64,000 nucleotides of DNA from an uncultured Planctomycetaceae bacterium. Its GTDB lineage: Bacteria > Planctomycetota > Planctomycetia > Pirellulales > PALSA-1355. Each line of letters starts with the position of its first letter. Position 1 is the stretch's first letter. Of this stretch, positions 43,058 through 54,395 are shown in pieces. Location of the stretch: positions 352,001 to 416,000 of the forward strand of contig CAWAUV010000005.1 in assembly GCA_963785305.1 (NCBI GenBank), read 5' to 3'. The notes beneath the pieces are model-generated. The model was not told the DNA's origin and searched no databases. It was given only the letters and a program-made list of their open reading frames with translations. A program made the position numbers and the translations under genes.

Positions 43058-45651
43058 ATGGGGCGGCTACCAAACGGCATTGCCGCCAAGCCCGACTCCA
43101 CGCCGCTCGTCGCGCTCTTGCTCGCCGCGGCCGTCGGCATCGTGATCGATCGGCATTTTCCGCTCGGGCTGGGCGCGTGGCTTCTGGCGGCTGTCGCGAG
43201 TTGGGGCCTTTGGCGCTGGATTTGGCCGCGCGAAGCGAACTTATCGCCGCGCCGCCATGTGAGCGCGTGGCCGCTGCTCGCCTCGGCGGCGGCCGTGGCC
43301 GGGGCCTGGCATCATTGCCACTGGAATCTCCGCGGCGAAAACGACATTGCCCGCTTCGCGGCTCGCGACGCCAAGCCGCTCGCAATGCAAGCGCTCGTGA
43401 CCCGCGGCGCCCGCGTAATGCCGGCGCCGCCGCGCGATCCGCTCCGCACGCTGCCCATCGGAGATCGCACTCGCATCGAGCTTCGGGTGCTGGCGGTGCG
43501 CGATGGCCGCGAATGGCGCGAGGCGTCGGGCCTCGTGACGCTCGTCGTCGCCGGGATCGCCACCGCGCCGGCCGCGGGCGACCGGCTCACGCTCTTCGCC
43601 CAAATGCGGACCGCCGAGCCGCCCGACAACCCAGGCGAGTTCGATTTTGGCTCCTGATCGCGCGGTCCGAGCGCCATGGCGCGACTCTGATCGCCGAGCA
43701 TGCCGATTGCCTCACGCTCGAACACGCGGCCCCGCGCTACGGGAGCCTGCAACAAATGTTCGACCGCTGGCGTCGGCAAAACCGCGAACTGTTGGCCAAG
43801 TATCTCAGCCCGCGCGCGGCCGGATTGGCCGGAGCGATGTTTGTCGGCATTCGCGAGGATTTGCAGCCCGAGGATTACCGCGCGTTCTACGAAACCGGGA
43901 CTGTTCACCTTCTCGTGGTGTCGGGCGCCAATATCGGCGTGTTGGCGGCGAGTTTGCTGCTCGCCGCGCGAATCGTCGGAATCCGGCGGCGGGCGACATT
44001 GGTGGCGACGGCCACGTTTTGCCTGCTCTATGCGTTTGAAACCGATTTGCAGGCGCCGGTGACTCGGGCCACGGTGATGGTGCTCGCCGGCTGCGGCGCG
44101 GCCTGGCTGGGGCGATCAGCCCTGGACTTCAATTCGCTGGCGCTGGCCGCGATCGTGATTCTGGCGATCAATCCCGCGGATTTGTTCGCCATCGGGCCGC
44201 AGTTATCGTTTTTGGCCGTGGCCGCGCTTGCTTGGCGAGCGCGAGTGCGACGCATTCGCGCGGCCCAGGAAGATCCGCTTGATCGCCTCATCGAACAAAC
44301 CCGACCCTTGCCGCGCCGACTGGCGCGGAGGGCTGTTCTCGGCTTCGGGCAGGCGCTGGTCGAAAGCGCCGTGGTATGCGCGGTGGTCTCGCCGCTCGTC
44401 GTGGCGAGGTTTCATCTTTTGTCGCTCGTGGCCGTCGTACTCGGGCCGATCTTGGCGCTGCCGGTGGCCCTGGGCATGACCTCGGGCTTCGTGCTGCTCG
44501 CCACCGGCGCTTGGCTCGGACCGCTAGCGGCGGCGAGCGCGATCGTTTGCGAAAACTGCTTGCGGTTTGTCGAACTTTGCGTCACCTGGGGCCAACGGCT
44601 CCCGGGCGGCCATCTCTGGGTTCCGGGGCCGAGCGATTGGTGGCTGGCCGGATTTTACCTCGGGCTCGCCGGTTGGGTTTTCTTGCGACGCCGCGATCAC
44701 GGCCGGGCAGGCCGCGCGATGCTTCCACAAACTGGCCAACCGTCGGCCGGGCCAGCCGCGCGCGAGCGTTGGCCGGCTCGCTGGGGTGTCGGACTCTTTT
44801 GCGGCTGGCTATTTCTCGGCCTGGCCGTCGGGTGGGTCGGGCGTCGCCTCGAGCCGCGGCTCTTGCGATGCACGAACCTTGCCGTGGGACATGGCACGGC
44901 GGTGGTGCTCGAGTTGCCAGATGGTCGCACACTACTCTACGACGCCGGCCGCCTCGGCTCGCCGCAAGCCGCCAGCGACGCCATGGCCGGCTATCTCTGG
45001 TCGCGCGGCGTCACGCATCTCGACGCCGTGGTGCTCTCCCATGCCGACGCCGACCACTACAACGCGCTGCCGGCGCTCACACGGCAATTTTCGATCGGCG
45101 TGGTGTATATTTCGCCCGTGATGTTCGACGACATGTCGCCCGGCCTCGCGGCCTTGCGCCGCGCGCTCGATGAAACGCACGCGCCGATTCGCGAAGTCTG
45201 GGCGCCCGACCGGCTCGACGCCGGTCCGGACTGCACGATCGAAATCCTGCACCCGCCCCGCCGCGGCCTCTTGGCCAGCGACAACGCGAACAGCATCGTG
45301 CTGGCGATCGAACATGCCGGCCGCCGCCTCCTGCTCACGGGCGACCTCGAATCGCCGGGCCTCGACGCCGTGCTCGCCGAGGAGCCGTTGGACTGCGATG
45401 TGCTCGTGGCGCCGCATCATGGCAGCCTCTATAGCGCCCCGAATAAAATGGCCGCCTGGTGCCGCCCCGAGTGGACGATCATCTCCGGCTCGAGCCGCGA
45501 TGAACACGCGCAGGTCGACGCCGCTTATGGCGAACATGGCCAAGTCTGGCACACGGCCCGCGAGGGCGCGGTGCAAGCGGCGCTCGGCCGCGATGGCGTG
45601 GAAGTGAAAAGCTGGCGACGCATGATCGCCGCGGGGCAAAGCGGGTTTTGA
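43058..45651 (+). CDS. comEC: ComEC/Rec2 DNA uptake channel; frameshift near 43650
   Basis: NPGEFD, TGTVHLLVVSG, GPQLSFLAV, VGHG, SHADADH, NANSIVL, LTGDLE, PHHGS. Confidence 0.9.
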
Positions 45652-45701
45652 GCGATTGCGGATTTCGACGCTGTCCCGCCGGACATGCGCAGCGCGAGCA
45701 A

Positions 45702-46775
45702 TCACCCCGCCGCGGCGTCGACTGGCAGGCCGCAGGCAACTTCTTCGTCGCGCGTGATCTCGAAGCCGAGGTCGGCGATCATGCGATAATCGGCCTCGGG
45801 CGCTTGGCCTTTGGTCGTGAGATAGTCGCCCACGAAGAGCGAATTGGCCGGATAGAGCCCGAGCGCTTGCAGGCTGCCCAGGTGCATCTCGCGCCCGCCG
45901 GAAATGCGAATTTCGCGGGTCGGGTTCACGAAGCGAAACATCGCCAGGGCCTTCAGGCAATAGCGCGGAGTGAGTTGCTTGTGGCCGGCCAGAGGAGTGC
46001 CATCGATCGGGTTCAGGAAGTTGACCGGAATCGATTCGACGCCCAACTCGCGGAGCGAGATCGCCATTTGCACCACATCGTGGTCCTGTTCGCCCATGCC
46101 GAGAATTCCGCCCGAGCAAAGCTCCATGCCGGCGTTGCGCACGTTGTTGAGCGTGGCGATGCGGTCTTGATAGCCGTGGGTCGTGCAAATCTCGGCGTAG
46201 TGGGATTCGCTCGTGTTGAGGTTGTGGTTCACGCGATCCACGCCACACGCCTTTAGCCGCTGGGCCTGTTCGGCAGTGAGCAGGCCCAGGCAGGCGCAAA
46301 TCTTGAGATTGTATTGGGCCTTGATCTGGGGCACGATCGTGGTGATGGCGTCCATCTCGCGATTCGACGGGCCCCGAGCCGAGATCACGATACAATACGT
46401 CTTGGCCTCGCGCTCGGCCGCCACACGTGCGCCGGCCAGCAGCTTCTCGGCGTTGAGCAGGTTGTAGCGCGGAATCTCGGCGTCGGACACCTTCGACTGG
46501 CTGCAGTAGCCGCAATCCTCGGGACACAAGCCGCTCTTGGCGTTCATCAAAAAGTAAAGTTGCACGCGCTTGCCGAACCAGCGGCGGCGAATGCAAAACG
46601 AAGCGGCCAACACCTCGAGCAGCTCGTCGTCACTCGATCGCAAGATCGACAGCGCTTCGTCGTTCGACACGCGATGCCCCGCGAGCACGCGCGTCGCAAG
46701 AGCATGCCAGTCAGCGCTCGGCGCCACCCGCGGTTCTTGGTGGGTAGTGTCCAACTCGTTGTTCGATTCGATCAT
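45702..46775 (-). CDS. bioB: Biotin synthase
   Basis: AKSGLCPEDCGYCSQS, CACLG, NHNLNT, CSGGILGMGE, SIPVNFL, ANSLFVGDYLTT. Confidence 0.95.
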   Translation of the reverse strand: MIESNNELDTTHQEPRVAPSADWHALATRVLAGHRVSNDEALSILRSSDDELLEVLAASFCIRRRWFGKRVQLYFLMNAKSGLCPEDCGYCSQSKVSDAEIPRYNLLNAEKLLAGARVAAEREAKTYCIVISARGPSNREMDAITTIVPQIKAQYNLKICACLGLLTAEQAQRLKACGVDRVNHNLNTSESHYAEICTTHGYQDRIATLNNVRNAGMELCSGGILGMGEQDHDVVQMAISLRELGVESIPVNFLNPIDGTPLAGHKQLTPRYCLKALAMFRFVNPTREIRISGGREMHLGSLQALGLYPANSLFVGDYLTTKGQAPEADYRMIADLGFEITRDEEVACGLPVDAAAG

Positions 46776-47023
46776 CGCTCGTTCCCGAGAATGTTTCTTT
46801 AGGCGCAATCGCGCCAGCGGCGATTGACGGCCGAATTCAATTTCCTCAAGTATCTTCGCGAGCCCGGTTTGAACAAGGGGGGCCGATCCGCGATAATGGC
46901 GCAAGCGTTTTTTCGGGTCCTTTTCAAGCTTCGCTTCGGCCGATGCGTTCGGGAACGCGTCTGAGAACGCGCCGGCGGCGATATTTCGAATTCCAACGAG
47001 CGATCATCGCTCCCTGAGCATCC

Positions 47024-47617
47024 ATGGCTTGTCACTTGGCGCGTTTTGGCGCATTGGGCGAAATTGCCGGTTTCACCTCGGTCGATGGCGCGAGGTTTCC
47101 CCGCGGCGCGCGAGTGGTGCTCCGCACCAGCCGGGGCCTCGAACTGGGCGAAGTGCTCGCGCCGCCCGATGCCGGCGGAGCCACGCGCGAAATGGGCGAT
47201 ATCGGCGGACAGTTGGCCAGCGGCGGTTCGATTCTCCGCGGCATGACGGCCGAGGACGCGCTGCTCGAAGCGCGGCTCGATAAGAATCGTCGCCAAGCGT
47301 TCGACGCTTGCGAAAAACGCTTGGCCGCGCTCGATCTGCCTGCGGCGCTGATCGATGTCGAGTCGCTCTTCGACGGACGCACGCTCTGCTTTTATTTTCT
47401 GGGGCCGATGACGCCCGAACTCGAACAGGTAACGAGCGAACTGGCCGAAACCTATGAAGCCCAGGCCCAATTGCGCCGCTTCGCCGACACGCTCACGGCT
47501 GGTTGCGGGCCCGGTTGCGGAACCGAAGACGGCTCGAGCTGCCAGAGTTGCGGCTCGGGCTGCGCCGTGGCCGAAGCCTGCTCCACGGGTCCCCGCCGAC
47601 GAAAAGCCCAGGATTGA
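47024..47617 (+). CDS. PSP1/RicT-like protein with Cys-rich C-terminus
   Basis: RVVLRTSRGLELGEVL, LIDVESLFDG..FYFLG, GCGPGCG...CQSCGSGC....C. Confidence 0.7.
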   Translation: MACHLARFGALGEIAGFTSVDGARFPRGARVVLRTSRGLELGEVLAPPDAGGATREMGDIGGQLASGGSILRGMTAEDALLEARLDKNRRQAFDACEKRLAALDLPAALIDVESLFDGRTLCFYFLGPMTPELEQVTSELAETYEAQAQLRRFADTLTAGCGPGCGTEDGSSCQSCGSGCAVAEACSTGPRRRKAQD

Positions 47618-47631
47618 TCGCCCGAGACGAC

Positions 47632-49001
47632 CTAAGGCTGGGGATCGTCTGGCGGCGCCGAAGTCTTGCTCGCCGAGGCGGCGGATTCTTGGCCGGCGCA
47701 GGCGGGCACGAATCTCGATGAGCCGATCGGCCAGTTGTTTTTCGAAACCTCGTGGCGCCGGGCGATAGTATTCGCGCTCGATGCCCAAATAGTCTTGCGC
47801 GGCGATGGCATCGGGGCTGTCGTGAGCATATTCGTAGCCTGGTCCCTGATCGAGCCGCTTGGCGCCGGCGTAGTGCGAATCGCGCAAGTGTCGCGGCACG
47901 GGCAAGAGTCGCCCCTCGCGCACATCGCGGCGCGCCTCGCCAATGGCCACCGTCGCCGCATTGGACTTCGGCGCGCACGCCAGATAGGCCACGGCCTGGG
48001 CCAGCGTGAGTTGACACTCCGGCAAGCCGACGAACTCGCAAGCTTGCATCGCCGCCACGGCCAGCGGCAGCGCGGCCGGGTCGGCGTTGCCAATATCCTC
48101 GCTGGCGAGAATCACCAGCCGCCGAGCCAAAAATCGCGGCTCCTCGCCACCTTCGAGCATTCGGGCCAGCCAATAAATCCCCGCGTCGGGATCGGAGCCG
48201 CGAATGCTCTTGATCAATGCGCTTGCGCAGTCGTAGTGCGAGTCGCCGGTCCGATCATATTCCACTTGCTTGCGCTGCACCGACTCGGCGGCCAGGGCGC
48301 GCGTGACGCGGAGCGGTCGTTCGGCGCATGAGAGCACGCCGACTTCGAGCGCGCTCAAAGCGCGACGCGCGTCGCCATCGGACACTTCGGCCAGGAAGTC
48401 GAGCGCGTCGTCGTCGATCGTCGCTTGCGCGCCGCCGAGGCCCCGCTCGCGGTCGGCCAAGGCCCGCCGGAGTAGCGACTTGATGTCGTCGGCGTCGAGC
48501 GGCTCGAACTGAAACACGCGGCTGCGGCTGACCAAGGCGCTGGTCGAGCGCGAAGAACGGGTTTTGCGTCGTCGCGCCCACGAGCACGATCGATCCGTCT
48601 TCCACCCGCGGCAAGAGCACATCTTGCTGCGCGCGATTGAAGCGATGGATCTCATCGACGAACAATAGCGTCTTGGGGCCGCCGGCGGCCACCTGATCGC
48701 GCGCCCGCTCGAGCGTCTCGCGCAGCTCCTTCACGCCGCTGTCCACGGCGCTGAGCGTCTCGAATCGGCTGCGCGTGGCTGTGGCGAGCAGGTTGGCGAG
48801 CGTGGTTTTGCCGGAGCCGGGCGGACCATAAAAAATCACCGAGCCGAGCCGATCGGCTTCGATCAGCCGGCGCAGCAGTTTGCCCGGGCCGAGAAAATGC
48901 CGCTGCCCGACGAATTCATCGAGCGACCGGGGCCGCATGCGCGCCGCCAGCGGCTGCGCTTCGCGGCGATTAGCGGCTTCGCTGGCGGCAAATAACGACA
49001 T
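47632..49001 (-). CDS. rarA: Replication-associated recombination protein A (MgsA); frameshift near 48545 and probably near the 3' end
   Basis: PLAARMRPRSL, GPPGSGKTT, DEIHRFN, GATTQNP, GDARRAL, SALIKSIRGSD, ASEDIGNADP, VPRHLRD. Confidence 0.92.
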
Positions 49002-49036
49002 GGGATTTCTTAAGACCGCAATGGCAGCGGGCAAAC

Positions 49037-49624
49037 CTATTTGGCCGCCTCGATCGCGATATTGATCAGCACCTCGTCGCCGACCGAAGGCAAGCCGGCC
49101 TTCAGATTGAAATCGCTTCGCTGGAGCGAGGTGGTGGTGACAATGCCGATGCGCTCGACGCCCTTGGGAAATTCGACCGTCTTGTCGGCGCCTTTGAGCG
49201 TGAGCGTCACCGGCTTGGTCACGCCGCGGAGCGTGAGGGCGCCGGCCACTTCATAGCCGCCCGCGATCGGTTTGACCGACTCGCTGCGAAAGTCGATCGT
49301 GGGAAACTGCTTGGCGTCGAAGTAGTCGGCGGCGCGCAGGTGCTCGTCGCGCTTCTGGTTGTTGGTGTCGATGCTGTCGATCTTGATCGAGAGCGTAAAC
49401 GACGACTTGGCCGGGTCCTGCTTGTCGATCACGAATTCGCCGGAATAGTCGTTGAAACGCCCGTGAATGAAACTGATGCCGGCGTGCGAAGTCATGAACG
49501 AGATCGATGAATGCACCGGGTCGACCTTGTAGGCGTCGGCCGCGACGACGGTTGAACCGCATGTCGCCGCGCCAAGCAATGCCACCAAAGCCGCGGGCGC
49601 CAGAAAACGAAGTGCCGTGAACAT
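49037..49624 (-). CDS. YceI family periplasmic lipid/polyisoprenoid-binding protein
   Basis: Signal peptide, YKVDPVHSSI, GRF, SIDTNNQKRDEHLR..DYFD..FPTI, LTLRGVTK. Confidence 0.9.
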   Translation of the reverse strand: MFTALRFLAPAALVALLGAATCGSTVVAADAYKVDPVHSSISFMTSHAGISFIHGRFNDYSGEFVIDKQDPAKSSFTLSIKIDSIDTNNQKRDEHLRAADYFDAKQFPTIDFRSESVKPIAGGYEVAGALTLRGVTKPVTLTLKGADKTVEFPKGVERIGIVTTTSLQRSDFNLKAGLPSVGDEVLINIAIEAAK

Positions 49625-49691
49625 GCGGATACCTTTGTGTCGAAAAGGGGGTGAGGTGAAAGCGTCGGGAACGCACTGGAAACAACTTCCT

Positions 49692-50625
49692 TCAATCGCG
49701 GCCAGCCGCGCACGCCCCATCATCGTCGGCCCCCACCACGCAAGCAAGAGGCGTCGGCGTGTTTGCGTCCGTCGGCCGATCGGGCAGTTTGCCCGAGGTC
49801 ACCAGGGCGATCAACAGCGCGCCGAGCGCGATCCGGTAGATGACGAAGACATAGGTCGTGTGCGTGCGCAAGAAACGGAGAAGCACCGTGATCGCCGCAT
49901 AGCCCACGAGCGCCGACACGAGCGTCGCGACCACGAGCGCCAGGGCGTCGTCGTGGCTGGCCAAGAGCGATTTTCGTTCGTCGACGAGTTCCTTGACGCC
50001 CGCCAGAAACACCGCCGGAAGCGAGAGGAGAAATGAAAACCGGGCCGCGGCGGCGCGATCCATGCCGCGGAAGAGGGCGGCCGTGATCGTCGTGCCCGAG
50101 CGCGAAGCCCCCGGCACGACCGCCAGTGCCTGGGCAAGCCCGACCCAGAGCGCATCGGCCCACGAAGTGGCCTCCAAGGTTTTGAACGGCGGCCCGCGCC
50201 GCGGCGGAGTGCGTGGTGGCGTTCGGCCGCGAAGAGCGCGATGGCGAAGAAAATGAGAGCCGCGCCGATCACGAGCAGCCGGCGGAGATCGGCTTCGATC
50301 TGATGCTTGAACAGCAGGCCGGCCACGACGATCGGCGCCGTGCCGAGGATCATCATCCAGCCCAATTGCCCTTCGTGCGACGCGGCGATGCGGCCGCGGA
50401 ACGTTTCGCGGAACCAGGCGCCCCGATCGTCCAGATATCGCGGCGAAAATAGATGAGCACCGCCACGAGCGTGCCGAACTGAATCACGGCGGAAAACGCC
50501 GCGCCAGGCTCGCGCGACCAGCCCAGCAGGCTAGGCACGATCATCAAGTGGGCCGTGCTACTAATGGGTAAGAATTCCGTGAGCCCTTGCACAATGCCCA
50601 GAATAATCGCTTGAAGAACGGTCAC
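49692..50625 (-). CDS. uppP: Undecaprenyl-diphosphate phosphatase; frameshifts near 50400 and 50190
   Basis: [41 protein letters not shown]. Confidence 0.9.
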
Positions 50626-51085
50626 GGCCGCATGCTCCTAAAAACAATTTCGCTCGGTGGGCCGGAATCAGCGCTCGCGAAACGCGCCACGAATGGTCCG
50701 AGGGCGTCGCAAAGCGATTGGCCATTCGACAAAAACGCCCCGCAATCATAGCTTGCGGAACTTGGGAACAGCAGTGGCGGCGAGAGATCCGCCAATTCCG
50801 CCGGCCGCCGCGAGCGCGCTCCACGATGGGCCTGCGTCGCCCGCGACCGCGCTATATTTGGGCTTGGAAACGGCGGGGCGAATTTGGCATACTGAGTCCA
50901 TCGCTTCGTCAAACCTTCCGAGCCCGAAATGCCGCCCCCCGCGAGCACGAGTGGGGCGTGTCGGCTGGCCGCATGGCCCCAGTTCGTTTCCCATCGGCGT
51001 TGCCCCGTCCCGCGGGCGCGTGGACTTTCGGCGTCGCGCTTCGAGTGTCTTCCCATGTTCCCACCGTTTCCTGCAAAGGGGTTCG

Positions 51086-51982
51086 ATGTTCAAGAATCTT
51101 GATCCCGGCGCGATCGGCGTCGCCGGTAGCCAGAGTGAGTTGATCGAAACAACATTGTCGCACGGTTTCAAAGGACTGGATCTCGATATCGTCGAATTCG
51201 CCGCCGCGGCCAAGTTGCACGGCGCCGCCAAGGCGCGGCGATATCTCGACAGCGCTCGGCTCAAGATTGGCAGCTTTCGCTTGCCGCTTTCTCCCGACGC
51301 CGCCGAGCCCGAATATCGGGCCGGTCTCGAACGATTGCCGGAATATCTCGATCTGGCCGAGCAGCTTCACTGTCCACGGGCCGTGGTGGCGATCGACTCG
51401 ATCGGCCGGGCGGCGCCCCTACCACGAGCAGTTCGAACTTCTCCGCCGCCGCCTGAGCGATCTGGGCGATTTGCTCGGCAAGCGAGGTGCCAAGCTGGGG
51501 CTCGAGTTCGACTCCACGGCCCAGCCGAGCGACGAATCGGAATATGCCTTTATTCAAACCGCCGACGCGATGCTGATGCTGCTCAAGACGATCGGCTCGC
51601 CCACGGTGGGGCTCGCGCTCGATGTTTGGCATTGGCATTTGGGCGGCGGAACCCACGAGCAATTGCACGCGCTCGGCGCCGGGCGAATTATCACGGTGTC
51701 GCTGGCCGACGCCGATGTCGGCGCGTTCGCCGCGAGCGCGAAGCCCTCGGAGCGACGCCTGCCGGGCGAGACCGGCGTGATCGACTCGGCGGCCATCGTG
51801 GCCTCCCTGGCCGAGCAGGGCTACGATGGCCCAGTCACGCCGCGCCCTCGCGCGAGATGTTCGTCGGCCAGGGTCGAGAGAAGATCATGCGGCAAGTAGC
51901 CGCCGCGCTCGATGAGGTCTGGAAAACGGCCGGCATTTCGCCCTCGGGTAGCGCTTCGCCCGTGGGAAGCGGCAAAGCCTGA
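51086..51982 (+). CDS. Xylose-isomerase-like TIM barrel protein; frameshifts near 51410 and 51850
   Basis: MFKNLDP..GFKGLD, LGLEF, GLALDVWHW, LPGETGVID, GYDGPV. Confidence 0.75.
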   Translation: MFKNLDPGAIGVAGSQSELIETTLSHGFKGLDLDIVEFAAAAKLHGAAKARRYLDSARLKIGSFRLPLSPDAAEPEYRAGLERLPEYLDLAEQLHCPRAVVAIDSIGRAAPLPRAVRTSPPPPERSGRFARQARCQAGARVRLHGPAERRIGICLYSNRRRDADAAQDDRLAHGGARARCLALAFGRRNPRAIARARRRANYHGVAGRRRCRRVRREREALGATPAGRDRRDRLGGHRGLPGRAGLRWPSHAAPSREMFVGQGREKIMRQVAAALDEVWKTAGISPSGSASPVGSGKA

Positions 51983-52051
51983 CAGTTCGCTCCCGGAGCC
52001 TCGCGCTCTGGCGCGGCGCATCGAGCGCGCCATGGATGGGGAATTAGGGAT

Positions 52052-53479
52052 TTAGCGGCGGGGAACGGCCTGGACCTCGATATCGTCGAGGTCCAGTTCG
52101 CCCACGCCTCCGTGCATGCCGATGCGGATCACGGCCTCGCGCGCTTGCGGCGGAACGCGCACGCGCGCTTGCTCGTGGCGCCAAGCGAAAGAGCCGAGCC
52201 AAGGGCCGATGAAATCGCCGCCCAAGATCGAGCGATTTTCGTCGTAAAACACGATGCCCAGGAGCGGAACTTCTTCCTCGCCCCGGCCCGGCTGTGCGCG
52301 ATCGACTCGCACCCAGAGCGAGAAGTCGAGATCAGCCACCTCGCGCCCATCGACCGCCATGCCTTGCAATCCGCGACTGGCGCGGCCAGGTTCGATGTTC
52401 ACGAATCGCGCATAGTGCTTGCCCTGGGGAGCGTTGACCGACTCGACCACTTCGAGCTGCCGCTGATAATGCCAACCCAAGGGCCGCGGCGCGGCGGGGG
52501 CGGCGGCGGGAACCGCGGGGTTGGGCGCCGCTGGCGCGGGACCGGATGGAACCGGGGCGCGTTGGGCCGGCCCCACGATCGGCGACGGCTCCTCACCCGC
52601 CGGCTTGGTCGGAGCCGTGCCCGCTGGCGGAGTGTCCGCGGCTTTTTCCGCGGCTTTTTCAACTGCCCTTTCGGGCGATTTAGCCGGCGGCGCTTGCGCC
52701 AGTTCCTCGAATCCACCGTTCGCGATGCGCGGATGCGCCGGGTCGGGTTTTTTTTCGCGACCGGCTTCGGCCGTGCCGGTCATGGGCACGAAGAGCGTCG
52801 GCAATAGGGCCGTGGGCGTGAGCTTGCCATCGACCTTGCGGAACAGATAGAGCGTCTGCTGATAACGCTCGCCCACGGGCACGATCAACCTGCCGCCCTC
52901 GGCCAACTGCTCGACGAGCGCTGTCGGAACTTTTTCCGGCGAGCAGGTGACAATGATCTTTTCGAAGGGCGCGTGCTCCGGCCAGCCGGCGAAGCCATCG
53001 CCGATCTTCGGATGCACATTCGTGTACTTAAGTCGCTTGAGGGTGCGGGCCGCGCGCTCGCCAAGCGGCTTCACGATCTCGATCGTGTATACATCTTTCA
53101 CCAGCGGGCTGAGCACCGCGGCCTGAAAACCCGAGCCGGTGCCGATTTCGAGCACATTGTCGGTCGGCTGGGGATCAAGTTGCTCGGTCATGTAGGCCAC
53201 GACATAGGGCGGCGAGATCGTTTGACTATTGCCGATCGGCAGCGCCATGTCGTAGTACGCCCGCGCCCGTTCGCCGGCGGCGACGAACTCATGCCGCGGC
53301 GTGGCGCGCATCGAAGCGATCACGCGCGGATTCTTGACGCCGGCCGAGACGATTTCGTCGTCGACCATTTTTTCGCGCACGGCTGCAAAGGGATCGGCCG
53401 CCGCGGCCGTGGTCGCGAGACTTCCGGTGAAGCATGCGAAGAATGCGACAATGATATGCACGATGTCTGTAAATCGCAT
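52052..53479 (-). CDS. pcm: Protein-L-isoaspartate O-methyltransferase with N-terminal signal peptide and extra C-terminal beta domain
   Basis: PRHEFV, AY.D.ALPIG..QTISPP, VLEIGTGSGFQAA, GWPEHAPF, QLAEGGRLIVPVG, FVPMTG. Confidence 0.9.
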   Translation of the reverse strand: MRFTDIVHIIVAFFACFTGSLATTAAAADPFAAVREKMVDDEIVSAGVKNPRVIASMRATPRHEFVAAGERARAYYDMALPIGNSQTISPPYVVAYMTEQLDPQPTDNVLEIGTGSGFQAAVLSPLVKDVYTIEIVKPLGERAARTLKRLKYTNVHPKIGDGFAGWPEHAPFEKIIVTCSPEKVPTALVEQLAEGGRLIVPVGERYQQTLYLFRKVDGKLTPTALLPTLFVPMTGTAEAGREKKPDPAHPRIANGGFEELAQAPPAKSPERAVEKAAEKAADTPPAGTAPTKPAGEEPSPIVGPAQRAPVPSGPAPAAPNPAVPAAAPAAPRPLGWHYQRQLEVVESVNAPQGKHYARFVNIEPGRASRGLQGMAVDGREVADLDFSLWVRVDRAQPGRGEEEVPLLGIVFYDENRSILGGDFIGPWLGSFAWRHEQARVRVPPQAREAVIRIGMHGGVGELDLDDIEVQAVPRR

Positions 53480-53621
53480 AATCGACGACTCGCGGCGTGT
53501 GGGGGGCGGTGGACCGGAAGTGTCTTTCTCAATCGTATCTCAAACCGGAGTGCTTGGCACGAAAAAGTCGGCTGCCGATCCTTGGACTCGCGGCGCGCGC
53601 GATTCGCGGCGAGCGGCGGCG

Positions 53622-53969
53622 TCAATAGCGCGGCTTGGTCGGATCGATTTCAAGCGACCAAGCGTCGATTCCGCCGGCCATGCTTTGGGCTCGTGAAAAT
53701 CCCTGCTCGCGCAGCCACTTGACCACTCGCAGGCTGCGGCCGCCGTGGTGGCAATGCACGATGATCGGCTCCGCGCGATGCTCGGCGAGCTCGCCGACGC
53801 GGCCGGCAAGCTGGCTCATGGGGAATAGCTCCGCGGCGTCGATATGCACCAAGTTGTATTCGTCGGGCTCGCGGCAGTCGAGCAGCAGGAACTTTTCGCC
53901 GTCGGCCAGCTTTTTCGCGACCGTTTGAACATCGACTTCCAGCGGCGGGGCGTCGTCGGCAGCGGACAT
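53622..53969 (-). CDS. Single-domain rhodanese (sulfurtransferase)
   Basis: LLDCREPDE, HCHHGGRS, MAGGIDAWS. Confidence 0.9.
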   Translation of the reverse strand: MSAADDAPPLEVDVQTVAKKLADGEKFLLLDCREPDEYNLVHIDAAELFPMSQLAGRVGELAEHRAEPIIVHCHHGGRSLRVVKWLREQGFSRAQSMAGGIDAWSLEIDPTKPRY

Positions 53970-54395
53970 AAGCGGAGTCGCCTTTCTAATGGCGCGCGAG
54001 CATCGGGCGAAGGGATAGGACAACGAGTCGACGTTGGTCGAAATCCTCGGCGGGAAACATGGATTTCAGGCCAGCATGCTTTGTACCACGAAGCTTCCCG
54101 CCGTTCAAAGTCGTCACGCATTTTGGGCCCCGCCGCTCGGCCGGCGTCAGTGCCCGACGTTTCCCAACCTCGGCGGCGCCTCGGCGGTTTTGCGATTTTT
54201 GCCGGTTTTGCGGCCGCGCCTATTAAATTTGCCCGCGGGAGCAATTAGGATGAGGCGACCTCGCAATGTTCTTGCGTCGGGCCGCTCGGCGGTCCGACTC
54301 GAGCGAATCGGGCCTCGCCGCCTGCCCACACCATGCGTTTTTTCTTCCCCGGGAGTTTGATGCGATGAATCTGTTCGTGTCGCCGTGTCTACGCA

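Noticed and set aside
46799..48655. 618-aa ORF suggesting a RarA fusion with a long C-terminal extension
   Set aside because: RarA similarity ends near 47700; the rest is antisense to the PSP1-like gene and likely read-through from an indel.
50626..51085. Long intergenic region with GAAA/GCAAA motifs, considered as a c-di-GMP riboswitch or sRNA
   Set aside because: The required paired stems and consensus could not be built; it is adequately explained as a divergent promoter region. An Infernal/Rfam scan would settle it.
53554..53572. TTGGCACG as a sigma-54 -24 box
   Set aside because: No TTGC -12 element at the required spacing.
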